This document shows, piece after piece, positions 17,960 to 28,504 of a stretch of DNA of 64,000 bases. The first letter of the stretch is position 1. Every line of letters begins with the position of its first letter. Origin of the DNA: an uncultured Bacilli bacterium (GTDB taxonomy: Bacteria; Bacillota_I; Bacilli_A; RF39; UBA660); assembly GCA_947632405.1 (NCBI GenBank), contig CANRPE010000002.1, positions 1,254 to 65,253 of the forward strand, in the 5' to 3' direction. The notes below the pieces were generated by a model. The model was not told the origin of the DNA. It did not search any database and saw nothing but the letters and a program-made list of their open reading frames with translations. A program made the position numbers and the translations under genes.

Positions 17960-19264
17960 CTATCTAATTACATAAGGATTTTTTTTGCTACCATTACCTT
18001 TTTCTAACATTGTCTTATCACTTAAATGAATAACTGTTCTGATATAAGACTCTGTTTTAGCATCAGTTTCCATAATATATCCTAAAGATACTTGATATAC
18101 TTTACTACTATTATCTTTATCTCCATTAGCTAGAAAATAACGATAATCTGTAACTAAATAATTATAATTTTGACAATCTTCTTTTAAGGTTTGATTACAA
18201 TTACTATCAACAGAAGCATTTAAAAAATCATAAACAGAAAGTAAAGACATTTTTGTTTTATAAGTAACACTACATTCTGCAGCACCTTTTTTAGTTTGAT
18301 CATTTTTAGAACGAGTTCCAACACAAGCATCAAATTCAACTACATTTTTCTTTTGCTTTTTAGTTAACATAGTTCTTTCTTCTCTATAATAAACATCTTC
18401 ATCACTATTTAATGTATTATCATATATCTTTTTTAAAATTCCACTAATATAACTATTCTTATATAAATTAATACCTGCATTATCTTCAGTTACACTATTA
18501 TATCTTTCATCCCAACTATAAGCATTATTAGTTCTTTTATCACTTATCAGTGCAATTTCATTATTACTTGTAACTTTTATAATTCTCCATAAATCATCTG
18601 AATCACTAAAACGAATATAATTATTAACATCACTACCACGATATACATATTCATTATTCATATAATAAAGACCAAAACCTTCTTTTACAACATTCTTCGA
18701 ATTAGTAATAGCTTCATATAATTTTCTTGTTGTATATTCACCATTATTACAAGAAAGAATAGGTGTATAACTATATGATTTAGATTCATCTTTCTCTACA
18801 GAAACTTTACCACTACAATCTTCCTTCTTTAAATAAAATTTTAAATCTTTCATATATTTATGGTTTGCTAAAATAGTTGTATCAATTTCAACAACTTCAT
18901 CACTATTCTTTGGTAATTTTTCCTTATTTTCTTCAAAATATTTAACTGCTGCATCTTCCATAATATCTTCTACATCAGCATAAGTATAATTCTTTTTAGT
19001 AAACAAAGAGATAATAAAACCTATAACCAAAATAAGTATTAAAGCAATAAATACAAGTTTAAACATTTTTAAAATTTTAAGCTTAAACTCATCTTGATTA
19101 TTATTACTATCATTACTATTACTATTATCATTAATATTATCATTTACTAAATAATTATCATCCACATCTACTTTTTCATCAGTAACTTGTTCTTCTTCTA
19201 AAGAAGTAGTTTCATCTATTTGATTAAGCTCACTATCTTTTAACGAAGATAATTTATCATTCAT
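17960..19264 (-). CDS. N-terminally anchored surface protein, short member of the 434/585/599-aa family
   Basis: Acidic N-terminus and one TM. The post-TM module (AAVKYFEENKEKLP ... C..KVSV ... Y.Y..ILSC) is shared with the 585/599-aa proteins. It then has one NYIRF..LWRIIKV domain ending GNGSKKNPYVIR. Confidence 0.6.
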   Translation of the reverse strand: MNDKLSSLKDSELNQIDETTSLEEEQVTDEKVDVDDNYLVNDNINDNSNSNDSNNNQDEFKLKILKMFKLVFIALILILVIGFIISLFTKKNYTYADVEDIMEDAAVKYFEENKEKLPKNSDEVVEIDTTILANHKYMKDLKFYLKKEDCSGKVSVEKDESKSYSYTPILSCNNGEYTTRKLYEAITNSKNVVKEGFGLYYMNNEYVYRGSDVNNYIRFSDSDDLWRIIKVTSNNEIALISDKRTNNAYSWDERYNSVTEDNAGINLYKNSYISGILKKIYDNTLNSDEDVYYREERTMLTKKQKKNVVEFDACVGTRSKNDQTKKGAAECSVTYKTKMSLLSVYDFLNASVDSNCNQTLKEDCQNYNYLVTDYRYFLANGDKDNSSKVYQVSLGYIMETDAKTESYIRTVIHLSDKTMLEKGNGSKKNPYVIR

Positions 19265-19284
19265 ACTAATACCTCATTTCTATT

Positions 19285-21405
19285 TTAATTATCGAAGAAA
19301 TCATCAAAGAATTCATCATCATCTTCTTCTTCATCCAAATCTAAATTTTTATTTATAATTTCATCTTTATGAATAATCTCAGAATCTTTATCACCAATAA
19401 CTTCTAATTTTTCATTCTTTTTCTTTGCTTCTTCTTCTTTTTTATTTCTCTTTTCTTCTTCCTCTAATTCAGCAATTTTTGCATCAATCTTTTTAACTAA
19501 TTCATCAACATTAAAACTATTAGATTCTGCAGGTGAATTATTATATTTTGTTGGTTCTTTATTAAATAAATTATTCATACCTGGTATAGGTGGAATATTT
19601 GGTTGATTGCCAAAAATAGGTGGAGATGGGAAATTAGGCATATTTGGTATATTTGGCATATTAATATTACCATCAGCAGAATTCATCATATCCAATAATT
19701 TTTTCTTTTTATCTGCTTTAACAAACTCTTTAATATCAAAAGTATGTACTTCTGTTTTCTTACGATAAGGATATTTTGCTTGTGGATATTTTTTACCCCA
19801 ATTTATTTTAAAATCAGGAGTCATTTTTGTCTTAAATGGTTGTTTTCTAAGACGTAAAATAATTGTTTCAAATTGTTTCATACGTTGTAAATCAGAAACA
19901 GTAACTAATGGAGTTGAAGCAGTTTTATCATCTTTTTTACTTTTTACTTCTCCACATAATTTAGAAATTTCTTCTAAAGCTGCAAGCTCTGTACTAATTA
20001 AGTAAATAATATTTCCACAATTACCTTTAATTGTTTCAGCATTTTCTTTACCATATACTTTATTTAATTGAGCAAAATTTTGAATAATCATAGTAAATCT
20101 AATTTTACGACTTCTAGCAGCTGTAATCATAGTAGTTACATCTTTTAATGGTGGCATATTTGCAAATTCATCTAATAAAAAGTTCGTTCTAACTGGTAAT
20201 TGTCCACCACTTTTTTGAGCAACATCAATTAAAGTCTCATAAATTTGTTTAAGTAAAATTGTAACTAATGAGTGATATGTTTTCTTTTCATCTTGAATAA
20301 CAATAAATACAGCTGTTTTTCTTTTACCTATAGAAGATAAATCAATATCACTATAAGATAACATTTCACTTAAATTTTCACGAGATGCAAATAATTTAAC
20401 CTTTTGTTTAAAAACTGATAAAATAGAACCTTTAGTTTCACTTGGTGCTGTAATAGTACCAAAAGCATTAACTGCTGCGGCACTTGAAGGATCTTTAGCC
20501 ATAAAATATTCTTTAATGTAAGTAGAACCTCCAAATTTATCTTCACCAATCGTACTCATTAAGTTAATACTATTAATATTAATTTCATTTGGTTTTGCAT
20601 CTTCAAATAAACCAAGAGCAAGACCAGAAAAATAATCTGCTGATGTTTTCTCCCAAAATGGATCTGCATTAGCATTAGATTCATCATATAAAATATTAAG
20701 AGCCAAGTCATCTAATAATTCTATAGCTTTATCCTGTTTTCCTTGTTTATAAATTTCATATGGTAAAGACATTGGATTCCAAGCATTTCCATTTTGAGGA
20801 TCACGGAAATTTAAAAGTAATATTTGGTAGCCCTTATCTTTTAACATTTCGGCTGTATTTTCATAAATTTCACCTTTAGGATCAGTAATAATCATACTTT
20901 CACCTTTTTTAGCTAAAAACTTTACCGTTGGTTTAATTACAGTTTGCGTTTTACCACTACCAGTAGCACCTATAACTAAAGTATGATACTCACTATCATC
21001 AATCCATGCTTCATTATCTTTTAAAATTAAAGGAACTCCTGCTACATCTGAAGTCTCTTGAATTGGAGTTATATGACGAAGTTCTTCTTTCATTTCTTTT
21101 TCTTTTGCCCATCTACTATAACCTTTATCTTTTTTACTAGTAGTAAATCCAAAGCCTTTATCTAGTTCAAAAATCTTAGAACTTACACTAACAATTAATG
21201 CAATTAAAAATACTAGAAAAAATGCAAGTGTAGTTTTAATGTTTTCACTACTAAAAGCTGGTAATGGATTAATTCCAGAAAAGTTACCAGTTGTTGCAAG
21301 AGAAGATAAATTTGCAACAGCAACAGCTACAACATATAATAAAAAAAGTGAAAACAATAAAAACATTAATAAATCTTCTGAATCGATTCTAATTTTGAAC
21401 TTCAT
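19285..21405 (-). CDS. Type IV secretion coupling protein (VirD4/TraG family) with a Pro-rich and acidic C-terminal extension
   Basis: Two N-terminal TMs. Motifs: VIGATGSGKTQ (Walker A), ITDPKGEIY, DPFWEK, FLLDEFANMPP (Walker B) and IIQNFAQLNKVYG. Confidence 0.88.
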   Translation of the reverse strand: MKFKIRIDSEDLLMFLLFSLFLLYVVAVAVANLSSLATTGNFSGINPLPAFSSENIKTTLAFFLVFLIALIVSVSSKIFELDKGFGFTTSKKDKGYSRWAKEKEMKEELRHITPIQETSDVAGVPLILKDNEAWIDDSEYHTLVIGATGSGKTQTVIKPTVKFLAKKGESMIITDPKGEIYENTAEMLKDKGYQILLLNFRDPQNGNAWNPMSLPYEIYKQGKQDKAIELLDDLALNILYDESNANADPFWEKTSADYFSGLALGLFEDAKPNEININSINLMSTIGEDKFGGSTYIKEYFMAKDPSSAAAVNAFGTITAPSETKGSILSVFKQKVKLFASRENLSEMLSYSDIDLSSIGKRKTAVFIVIQDEKKTYHSLVTILLKQIYETLIDVAQKSGGQLPVRTNFLLDEFANMPPLKDVTTMITAARSRKIRFTMIIQNFAQLNKVYGKENAETIKGNCGNIIYLISTELAALEEISKLCGEVKSKKDDKTASTPLVTVSDLQRMKQFETIILRLRKQPFKTKMTPDFKINWGKKYPQAKYPYRKKTEVHTFDIKEFVKADKKKKLLDMMNSADGNINMPNIPNMPNFPSPPIFGNQPNIPPIPGMNNLFNKEPTKYNNSPAESNSFNVDELVKKIDAKIAELEEEEKRNKKEEEAKKKNEKLEVIGDKDSEIIHKDEIINKNLDLDEEEDDDEFFDDFFDN

Positions 21406-21458
21406 AAGAATACCTTCTTCCCTTTCACGTTATATTATAGCATTTAATATATAATTTG

Positions 21459-22145
21459 TCATTCATAATTTTTATTTTGTTTCATTCTAAATAATATTAA
21501 ACCTACAATAAAAATTAGAAAAAGAAATATCATAATATAAGCTATTATTTTTTCATGATTTGATAAACTACTTTTCTTAATACTTTTATAATCTATTTTC
21601 ATATAAATACTTTTATTTTTAAAATTTTGATCAGTAATATTCCATATATATTCATTATCTTTAACTTTATCTGCATTAGTTTCTACAACTTTATAATCTG
21701 TATTAACATGAACAGTCAATTTATCAATTTGCTTTTGACCATCTCTATAAATACAATCAACTCCATTACTTGTATTCAAAGTAATATAATTTTGATCTTT
21801 AATAACACTTTTATTATAAAAACATTCACCTATAGCATTAGAATATTGTAACTTTTTAATAGGATAAACATATTGATAAGTTAATGCTAGTGAATTATTT
21901 TTTTTATCTTTAGATTGACTAATATCATAATACTTAGATTCATTATAATCATTATCATAATAAGCTAATGTTTTATTATTAGTTATTTGTTCAATTAATT
22001 TTTGATTAGTTGTAGTATTATTAAAAAATGCTACAATCTTTTCTTTAGCATTTTCTTTATCAATATTTATTGTATAATCAACACTACAACCTGTCATAAA
22101 TAAGGATAATATTAATAATAATAAAACTTTACTGATATTTTTCAA
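21459..22145 (-). CDS. Lipoprotein with an additional C-terminal TM anchor (T4SS-associated, function unknown)
   Basis: Lipobox LFMTGC near the N-terminus and a C-terminal hydrophobic segment, IIAYIMIFLFLIFIVGLILF. It sits between the hydrolase and VirD4 genes. Confidence 0.55.
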   Translation of the reverse strand: MKNISKVLLLLILSLFMTGCSVDYTINIDKENAKEKIVAFFNNTTTNQKLIEQITNNKTLAYYDNDYNESKYYDISQSKDKKNNSLALTYQYVYPIKKLQYSNAIGECFYNKSVIKDQNYITLNTSNGVDCIYRDGQKQIDKLTVHVNTDYKVVETNADKVKDNEYIWNITDQNFKNKSIYMKIDYKSIKKSSLSNHEKIIAYIMIFLFLIFIVGLILFRMKQNKNYE

Positions 22146-22155
22146 TCTTTTTCAC

Positions 22156-23844
22156 CTATCCTTCTAATTCCATAAAGTATATATAGCCACTAAATCTATA
22201 AGCTCCTGTATAATATTTACCAAAAGAATTATAAAAATCATCTAAGGAAACTGTTCTACTTTTAAAGTTTACACAATTCCAACTACTTGGACAACTTGCT
22301 GTTGCTGTTGCCCAACCTTCGGTTATGGTAACTTTTTCATCACTAACATCTTCTATAACTGCAACATGTCCATAACCACCTGGTTTTTTCCAAGAAATTA
22401 AAGAACCTGCTTTAATATCTTTAATATTATTACTTCCTTTAAAAACACCCCTTGTATTATCATACCAATCGCCACCATTACCATACGCTCTTAATAACTT
22501 TTCTTTGATAGCATTAGCATTTTCTGCAGAAAGTTTACCTTTACTTAATAAATCTTCAACAATTTCAACGGCACGAGCTTGAGCATACCAAACACATTGA
22601 CCACGATTACTACTAACATATGTAAATGCTTTATCATTTGGAGTTGGTTCTGTTGTTCTAATATTCCATCCATTTATGCTTTCAGTTAAACTATTTTCAC
22701 ATTTAGCACTACTAGATGTATTAACAACAACATCAAATCTAGATAAATTATAAGTATTAATTAAATTAATTAAACTAGAGGCATAATTACTTGCCGTTGC
22801 ATAACCTGCAAGTTTTAAAGCACGAGCTTGTTCCTCATAATTTCTTGCACTAAAAACACCAGCTTGCGAATAAATAGAATTACTTTTTAAGAAATTAGAA
22901 TGGTCTTCAATTGAATTTGCAACACTTGGATAAGTTCTAAATGAATCAACAATAGAAACTGATTGGCCATTATATTCTTCATGTGTATTAACACTAGTAC
23001 ATGTAGCATAACCATGACATTTTATTCCAAATAAATTATTTTGAATATCTGAACATGCCCATGCTGATTCTATAATAGCTTGAGCAAGAGTAATTGATGC
23101 AAAAACTCCAGTACGACTATAATCTTTTTGAGCAATAGGACCAAATAAATTAATCCATTCTTCATATTTATTTTGATTATGTAATTGACATAACTCATCA
23201 GCTTGCAAATTATCTGTTACACAAGAATCTTCATAAATAGAACCATGTTTATCTTTAGGATCAGTTCCTTCTTCATCAGTTCCTGAAATAATTGCTACAA
23301 AACCAAAGAAAAAGATTAAAAGAAAACCTCCTCCTAATAAACCTAATTTTAATTTTAAACTTCCAATACCAGCTAATTTACCACTACCAATAAAATCAAC
23401 TGATCCTGTTGTTGAATTATCATCACTACTGTTACTTGAAATATCCATAGATGAAGATTTTGATTTTTCACCAGATTCACCAAGTCCTGGAAGATTTGAA
23501 TTACTATTTCCTAGAGATGGAGAAGCTCCGTTTTTTCCTCCTTCAACCATAGAAAGACCTTGATCAGCAGCATCTAAAGTACCAGAGTCGTCTAATTTTT
23601 CAGCAGCTTTTTTCAAAAGAGGATTTTTATCAATTTCTTTACCAGCTTTATTTAAAATAGCATTTCCAAGTTTACTATCTGCAACTTTATCAACAATTGC
23701 TCCACCTTTTCCACCTGTAAAATAATCAGCTGCTCCTTTTGCAACTACTTTAGCTGTTTTTTTACTAGAGTCACTTGCTTCTTGACTTCCATTTCCATCA
23801 TGATTTGCTTCATACTTTTCTGGGTTTTTTGGCATACCCTTCAC
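22156..23844 (-). CDS. Bifunctional peptidoglycan hydrolase (N-acetylglucosaminidase + CHAP) of the T4SS
   Basis: One TM after a ~170-aa N-terminal region. Glucosaminidase motif ITLAQAIIESAW...NNLFGIK. CHAP Cys/His pair QCVWYAQARA ... GHVAVIEDV. The architecture resembles CwlT, TcpG and Tn916 Orf14. Confidence 0.85.
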   Translation of the reverse strand: MKGMPKNPEKYEANHDGNGSQEASDSSKKTAKVVAKGAADYFTGGKGGAIVDKVADSKLGNAILNKAGKEIDKNPLLKKAAEKLDDSGTLDAADQGLSMVEGGKNGASPSLGNSNSNLPGLGESGEKSKSSSMDISSNSSDDNSTTGSVDFIGSGKLAGIGSLKLKLGLLGGGFLLIFFFGFVAIISGTDEEGTDPKDKHGSIYEDSCVTDNLQADELCQLHNQNKYEEWINLFGPIAQKDYSRTGVFASITLAQAIIESAWACSDIQNNLFGIKCHGYATCTSVNTHEEYNGQSVSIVDSFRTYPSVANSIEDHSNFLKSNSIYSQAGVFSARNYEEQARALKLAGYATASNYASSLINLINTYNLSRFDVVVNTSSSAKCENSLTESINGWNIRTTEPTPNDKAFTYVSSNRGQCVWYAQARAVEIVEDLLSKGKLSAENANAIKEKLLRAYGNGGDWYDNTRGVFKGSNNIKDIKAGSLISWKKPGGYGHVAVIEDVSDEKVTITEGWATATASCPSSWNCVNFKSRTVSLDDFYNSFGKYYTGAYRFSGYIYFMELEG

Positions 23845-23861
23845 CTACTTCTAGAATTTAA

Positions 23862-25652
23862 TTAGAATCCACCACCATTACCAAATGAATCAAGTTCATT
23901 TTTAGTAACTGTAACATTAATTCTCATTCTTCGGTTACCACACACAAATAACGCTTCCCCTTGTGAATATCGTTTGATACTTTCTTTTTCTCCTTCATTT
24001 AAATCAATTAATAAACTTAAATCTTCTACAGCTTGTTTTCTTAAACCCATTACTAAATAATAAGCGGCATTATCAAATATTGCTTTACCTTGAGTAATTA
24101 CATCAGGTGCAGAAAAATCACTAGGCTGTTGAGTAATAATAATAGTTCCCGTATTATACTTTCTAGCACGTCTTTGAACTTGAGCTAAGAAATCAGCTCC
24201 AAGCGAATTATGATCACCAAGTAAAACGTGAGCTTCATCAACCATTAATACTGTATCAACATCAGAATCTAAACATAAGCCCCAAGCATACTTTAAAACA
24301 TTAAAGAATAAGGCATTTTTGACATTAGAATCACTATTCATTAACTCTTTTATATTAAATACCATAAAATCACTATCATTATCAATTGTTGTATGTCCAT
24401 CAAAATAGAATTTTAATTCTTTAACAATTGGTCGTATCTTTAATTCAAGACGTTCCATAATATCACGTTCTTGAGTTTGCTCGGTCATTGACATTAAACG
24501 ACCTTTAACAGTCGCATAAACATCACTAAATGTTGGATAATCTTTAGAAGTAAAGCCTGAAAAATCAGTATTAAAATCAATTCCAAATCTTTTATAAGTA
24601 TCTTGAACTACTTCACTAAACATAGTTAATACATCCTCAGCTATTGATGGATCATAATACTTCATAAAAGCTTTTAAAAATTGTAAAGTTCTTGTTAAAA
24701 TAGTATAACCAAGACCTTGTTTAATTTCTTCTTCATCAGCATCAATTACTACTTCTAATGGGTTAATTAAACCAAATTCTCCACCTTTACCAATATCTAC
24801 TTGATCTCCTCCAAAAGTTCTAGTAATTTCAGCAAGTTCGTTTTCTGGATCAATAGCAACTATTTGACAACCATTTCTAATATGAGATCTTAACATTAGT
24901 TTTGCTGCTGTTGATTTACCAGAACCTGAAGTACCAAGTATAATCATATTAGCATTATTTCGATTATTTTCTTTTCTAATTTTATATAAAAATTGATTAA
25001 ATAAAATGACTCCTCCAGAAAAATCTACTCCAAGTAAAGTAGAAAGACCTGGATCTTTTATACTATCAAAAATAAATGGATACATAGCAGCTAAAGTAAC
25101 AGATGGAATTGGCGTACCAATTCTATCTTCTATTTCTTGAGATGGAAAAATTGGTAATATAGATTTTAAGACTTTTTCTTGTTCAAAACGTAAAGAAATT
25201 GCTTTTAATTCCATTGCATCTAAATAATTCTTAACATTTACTTTTTTTAATTCTAAATCCTCTTTAGTATCTGCTGTAATCATAATATGCATTTGAAAAT
25301 CAAAAATCCTAGCTTGGCTAGCAGCAAGCATTGAAGTATAATACTCCAAACTTTCAGCATCTTGTCTTATTTTTTCACGCATTACTTGATCTTTTTCTCT
25401 TTGATATTTTTCTTTTAAATCAGCAACTTGTTTATTTAACATTTTAGACATAGTTGAAAATGCAACAGGTATATGTTTTATAACAATTTTAATTCCTGAC
25501 ATACTAGTTAAAGTAGATAAATACCCTGGTTGAATATATCTTGGAAAACTAACTACAGTTAATATAGTAGCATATTTATCACTTATAAAGAAATCACTTG
25601 CATTAAAACTTAATCCCTTAGGGGCAAGTTCACTTTTTATACTTATACTCAT
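23862..25652 (-). CDS. VirB4-family T4SS ATPase, C-terminal ~3/4 (ATPase portion)
   Basis: Motifs ILGTSGSGKST (Walker A), LMVDEAHVLL (Walker B) and RKYNTGTIIITQQPSDF. Its ATG overlaps the stop of the upstream ORF as ATGA. Confidence 0.88.
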   Translation of the reverse strand: MSISIKSELAPKGLSFNASDFFISDKYATILTVVSFPRYIQPGYLSTLTSMSGIKIVIKHIPVAFSTMSKMLNKQVADLKEKYQREKDQVMREKIRQDAESLEYYTSMLAASQARIFDFQMHIMITADTKEDLELKKVNVKNYLDAMELKAISLRFEQEKVLKSILPIFPSQEIEDRIGTPIPSVTLAAMYPFIFDSIKDPGLSTLLGVDFSGGVILFNQFLYKIRKENNRNNANMIILGTSGSGKSTAAKLMLRSHIRNGCQIVAIDPENELAEITRTFGGDQVDIGKGGEFGLINPLEVVIDADEEEIKQGLGYTILTRTLQFLKAFMKYYDPSIAEDVLTMFSEVVQDTYKRFGIDFNTDFSGFTSKDYPTFSDVYATVKGRLMSMTEQTQERDIMERLELKIRPIVKELKFYFDGHTTIDNDSDFMVFNIKELMNSDSNVKNALFFNVLKYAWGLCLDSDVDTVLMVDEAHVLLGDHNSLGADFLAQVQRRARKYNTGTIIITQQPSDFSAPDVITQGKAIFDNAAYYLVMGLRKQAVEDLSLLIDLNEGEKESIKRYSQGEALFVCGNRRMRINVTVTKNELDSFGNGGGF

Positions 25653-26215
25653 ACTGGCATCACCGTTCCAAATTCTGTAGTTCTACCCCCATTTAAGAAA
25701 TTATCTATAACAATTCTTAAATCATCATTACTTACTTGAGCTGCATTTAAACCACAAGTAGCCAAACCATTAATTAACATTCTAATTTTCTTCTGTAATA
25801 AATCATCATCTTTTTCTTTAAATAAAATATAATATTCAGTATCAACTATATTATTATTCATAAAAGTTTGACCTTTATCTAAATCTTGCAGAATAACTTT
25901 CCTAATAGCAGCATTATTTGTATTATTAAGAAGTAATTGTAATTGAGACATATAAATTGAAATATCTACAGGTCGGTCAGCAACAACTAGCCAAAATTCA
26001 AAATCAATCATATTATAAAAATTCTTTAAACTAATCAAAATATTATCTTGAGTACTAGTATCTAATATAAAGATATTACGAGGTGTAATTTTAACTCCAG
26101 ATACTTTATTATTTCCATAAGTAATGATTGTACTATTTTGAATACCCTTTATAGGTAACCAATCTTCTGTAGATTTATTATTATTTACCCCTTTTTTCTT
26201 TTTCATGGCTAACAC
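25649..26215 (-). CDS. VirB4 N-terminal domain encoded as a separate 188-aa ORF
   Basis: STEDWLPIKGIQNSTII..VSGVKITPRNIFILDTSTQDNIL..FYNMIDFEFWLVV resembles the N-terminal region of Gram-positive VirB4 homologues (PrgJ, TraE, Orf16). It is followed by ATGA coupling to the ATPase ORF. Confidence 0.6.
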   Translation of the reverse strand: MLAMKKKKGVNNNKSTEDWLPIKGIQNSTIITYGNNKVSGVKITPRNIFILDTSTQDNILISLKNFYNMIDFEFWLVVADRPVDISIYMSQLQLLLNNTNNAAIRKVILQDLDKGQTFMNNNIVDTEYYILFKEKDDDLLQKKIRMLINGLATCGLNAAQVSNDDLRIVIDNFLNGGRTTEFGTVMPV

Positions 26216-26501
26216 ACCAACCTTTCCATTGATAATTTCTTTGTGTAGTTATAAATTCAGTTAATTCAGCAATTACATTTAAAATATTATGATAATTAGG
26301 AACAGGAACTACTAATAAGCCTGTTATTAATGCTGGAAGCATTACAATAACAGTTACAATAGTAGACTCAAGTGGTAAAATTACCATAAATAAGATAGTA
26401 ATAATAACACCAGTTCCAAATAATATTAAATCAAATGGTTTAAACATTCCAAAAATCAATCTTCCGTTTTTAGTGTTTGCAGGAATTAAATACGAATTCA
26501 C
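26181..26501 (-). CDS. PrgI/TcpE/VirB3-like small membrane protein
   Basis: 106 aa. YLIPANTKNGRLIFGMFKPFDLILFG is followed by two TM helices. It lies immediately upstream of VirB4, as in Gram-positive T4SS loci. Confidence 0.55.
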   Translation of the reverse strand: MNSYLIPANTKNGRLIFGMFKPFDLILFGTGVIITILFMVILPLESTIVTVIVMLPALITGLLVVPVPNYHNILNVIAELTEFITTQRNYQWKGWCVSHEKEKRGK

Positions 26502-26531
26502 TATATATCACACTCCCTTTTAATAATTATA

Positions 26532-28490
26532 TCATTTTCTTCTATTTTCATGGCTAACATTATATTGACGATTACCTCTATATGTCATATTAGTATTAGG
26601 ATCTCTATATGTATTGTTTGGTAAATTTCTATCGTATAGTCTTCTTGCCCTTCTTCTACCTCTAGCACTGTATTTTTCTTGGAATGTTTCATTAATACCC
26701 ATAGTTTCCATAACTTTTGCACCTTCTTCAAACCAAGCATTTTGTTTAGCAGATGCTGTTTCTTTGCTAGACCAATCATCTTCCAATGCCCTAATAAGCA
26801 AAGCATTCTTTTGATCATCACTATAAGTACTATAAGTTGCTGCAGTGATTCCTTCAGCAGCAAGAAAATCTGTAAACATTTCACCTGATTCAATATTAGC
26901 AATTTCATCTTTAGTCATTTTACCTTGAGCTAATCGTTCATACCTATTTTTTGCTTCTGAAGCTGCTGATGCCATTGCATATTTTAAGTTTTTAGCTTCG
27001 GCAACTTTATTTCTGTTAATACCAAAAACACGTTCTGCCATATTAGCAGCATTTCTTTCTGTTGCCATTTGAGTAAGATGACCAAGGAATCCTCCTCTAG
27101 CATCTTTATTACCAGTTAATAATTGTTCCATTCGATCACGTTGTGATGAATAAGCTGGAGGAGCTTGTTTTCCTTGAGCAGCAGCTTCTGCTGCTTGAGT
27201 TGAAGCATTCATAAATCCAGAGGAAATTCCAGATAAACCTCCACCACCCATTAAAGCTCCAGCAGCTCCAAGTACTCCTGATAAACCAGCTCCAAGACCT
27301 AAACTCTTAATTCCTAAAGCATCCATAATAAATTTAGGAGCTTGTCTAGCAAAATAGAAAAGACCAATAATAATAAATACAGTAGATAATAAACCAACAA
27401 TCGAAACTCCATCACTAATTGGTATTTCAAAATTACCTTTCGTAATTTCTCCTACTAAAAAGATTACAAAATATACGATTGCAAGAATAATAAATAAATT
27501 TAGAAAAGTAGTCATTAGTAATTTAACCCAATTAGCAAATGCTCCATTTTCTGATGATTTTGGATCTATATAACTAAGAATTGGAATAGGTGCAATCAAA
27601 CGTAAAATTGCCAATTTCAAAGCCCTAATCGCAACATCAATACAAAATCCAACTAAAACAAAAATTACTAATCCTCCACAAATTGTAGGTAAAAGTGGAC
27701 AATATGAATAAGCATATTTTTTACCATCAGTCGCATTAATATAATCTAAAATATCTCCAGGGGAAGAATCATCACTAAGCCAAACTTCATATGCAGCTTC
27801 ATCATCATTTTTTAAATCATCTTCTGGAATCATATAATTTCCAGAATCACCATCAGCAACATTGATATCTGCATTCTTTTTAACATTAATTCTAACAAAA
27901 GCTTTCAATATATAAGTTGACATTTGATTAGCATTATCATCTATACTAATATTTGAATTACTATTTTGTGATGTATCAGTCCTTGTATTATCCGTTGAAC
28001 CTAAAATAAGTTTTGGAATAACCCCATTATTTAAAATTCTAGCTTGTAAAGAATACATTGTTCCAAATAATAAACCATTTTGGTTTAAATAAGAATTATA
28101 TGTACCAGGTTCTGCATTTGGTATATTTAATGGCATAATTGCTGTAAACATTGCAAGCATAGTAATAATTCTCGTAATTATCTTACCCATGCCCTTTTTC
28201 TGATCAGATAAAATATCAGGATTTATAATTGCTTGGAGTACAGAAATAGCTAATTTAAAAATCATAAAAACTCCAATAATAAGTTGAATTCTTAAAAAGA
28301 AAAATTTAATTGTTTCAGATGATACAATAGTAGAATTGGCTATATTAAATAAAATTTTATAAATAATGACCATTAGTTCATATACTACACGATCAAAAAC
28401 ACTAAGCAGAAATCTAATTGCATCACTAAACCAACTTTGTTTGGCATTATCTGTTACAATACCAAATGCTAATTGAATCATTCCAAACAC
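26532..28490 (-). CDS. VirB6-like polytopic channel protein (ConG/Orf15/TcpH analogue) with a Gly-rich, hydrophilic C-terminal tail
   Basis: 652 aa with at least 6 TM segments interrupted by a large hydrophilic loop, then GLGAGLSGVLGAAGALMGGGG and a ~200-aa charged tail. The call rests on position and topology only. Confidence 0.5.
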   Translation of the reverse strand: MFGMIQLAFGIVTDNAKQSWFSDAIRFLLSVFDRVVYELMVIIYKILFNIANSTIVSSETIKFFFLRIQLIIGVFMIFKLAISVLQAIINPDILSDQKKGMGKIITRIITMLAMFTAIMPLNIPNAEPGTYNSYLNQNGLLFGTMYSLQARILNNGVIPKLILGSTDNTRTDTSQNSNSNISIDDNANQMSTYILKAFVRINVKKNADINVADGDSGNYMIPEDDLKNDDEAAYEVWLSDDSSPGDILDYINATDGKKYAYSYCPLLPTICGGLVIFVLVGFCIDVAIRALKLAILRLIAPIPILSYIDPKSSENGAFANWVKLLMTTFLNLFIILAIVYFVIFLVGEITKGNFEIPISDGVSIVGLLSTVFIIIGLFYFARQAPKFIMDALGIKSLGLGAGLSGVLGAAGALMGGGGLSGISSGFMNASTQAAEAAAQGKQAPPAYSSQRDRMEQLLTGNKDARGGFLGHLTQMATERNAANMAERVFGINRNKVAEAKNLKYAMASAASEAKNRYERLAQGKMTKDEIANIESGEMFTDFLAAEGITAATYSTYSDDQKNALLIRALEDDWSSKETASAKQNAWFEEGAKVMETMGINETFQEKYSARGRRRARRLYDRNLPNNTYRDPNTNMTYRGNRQYNVSHENRRK

Positions 28491-28504
28491 ACCTTTCTAA
28501 TATT

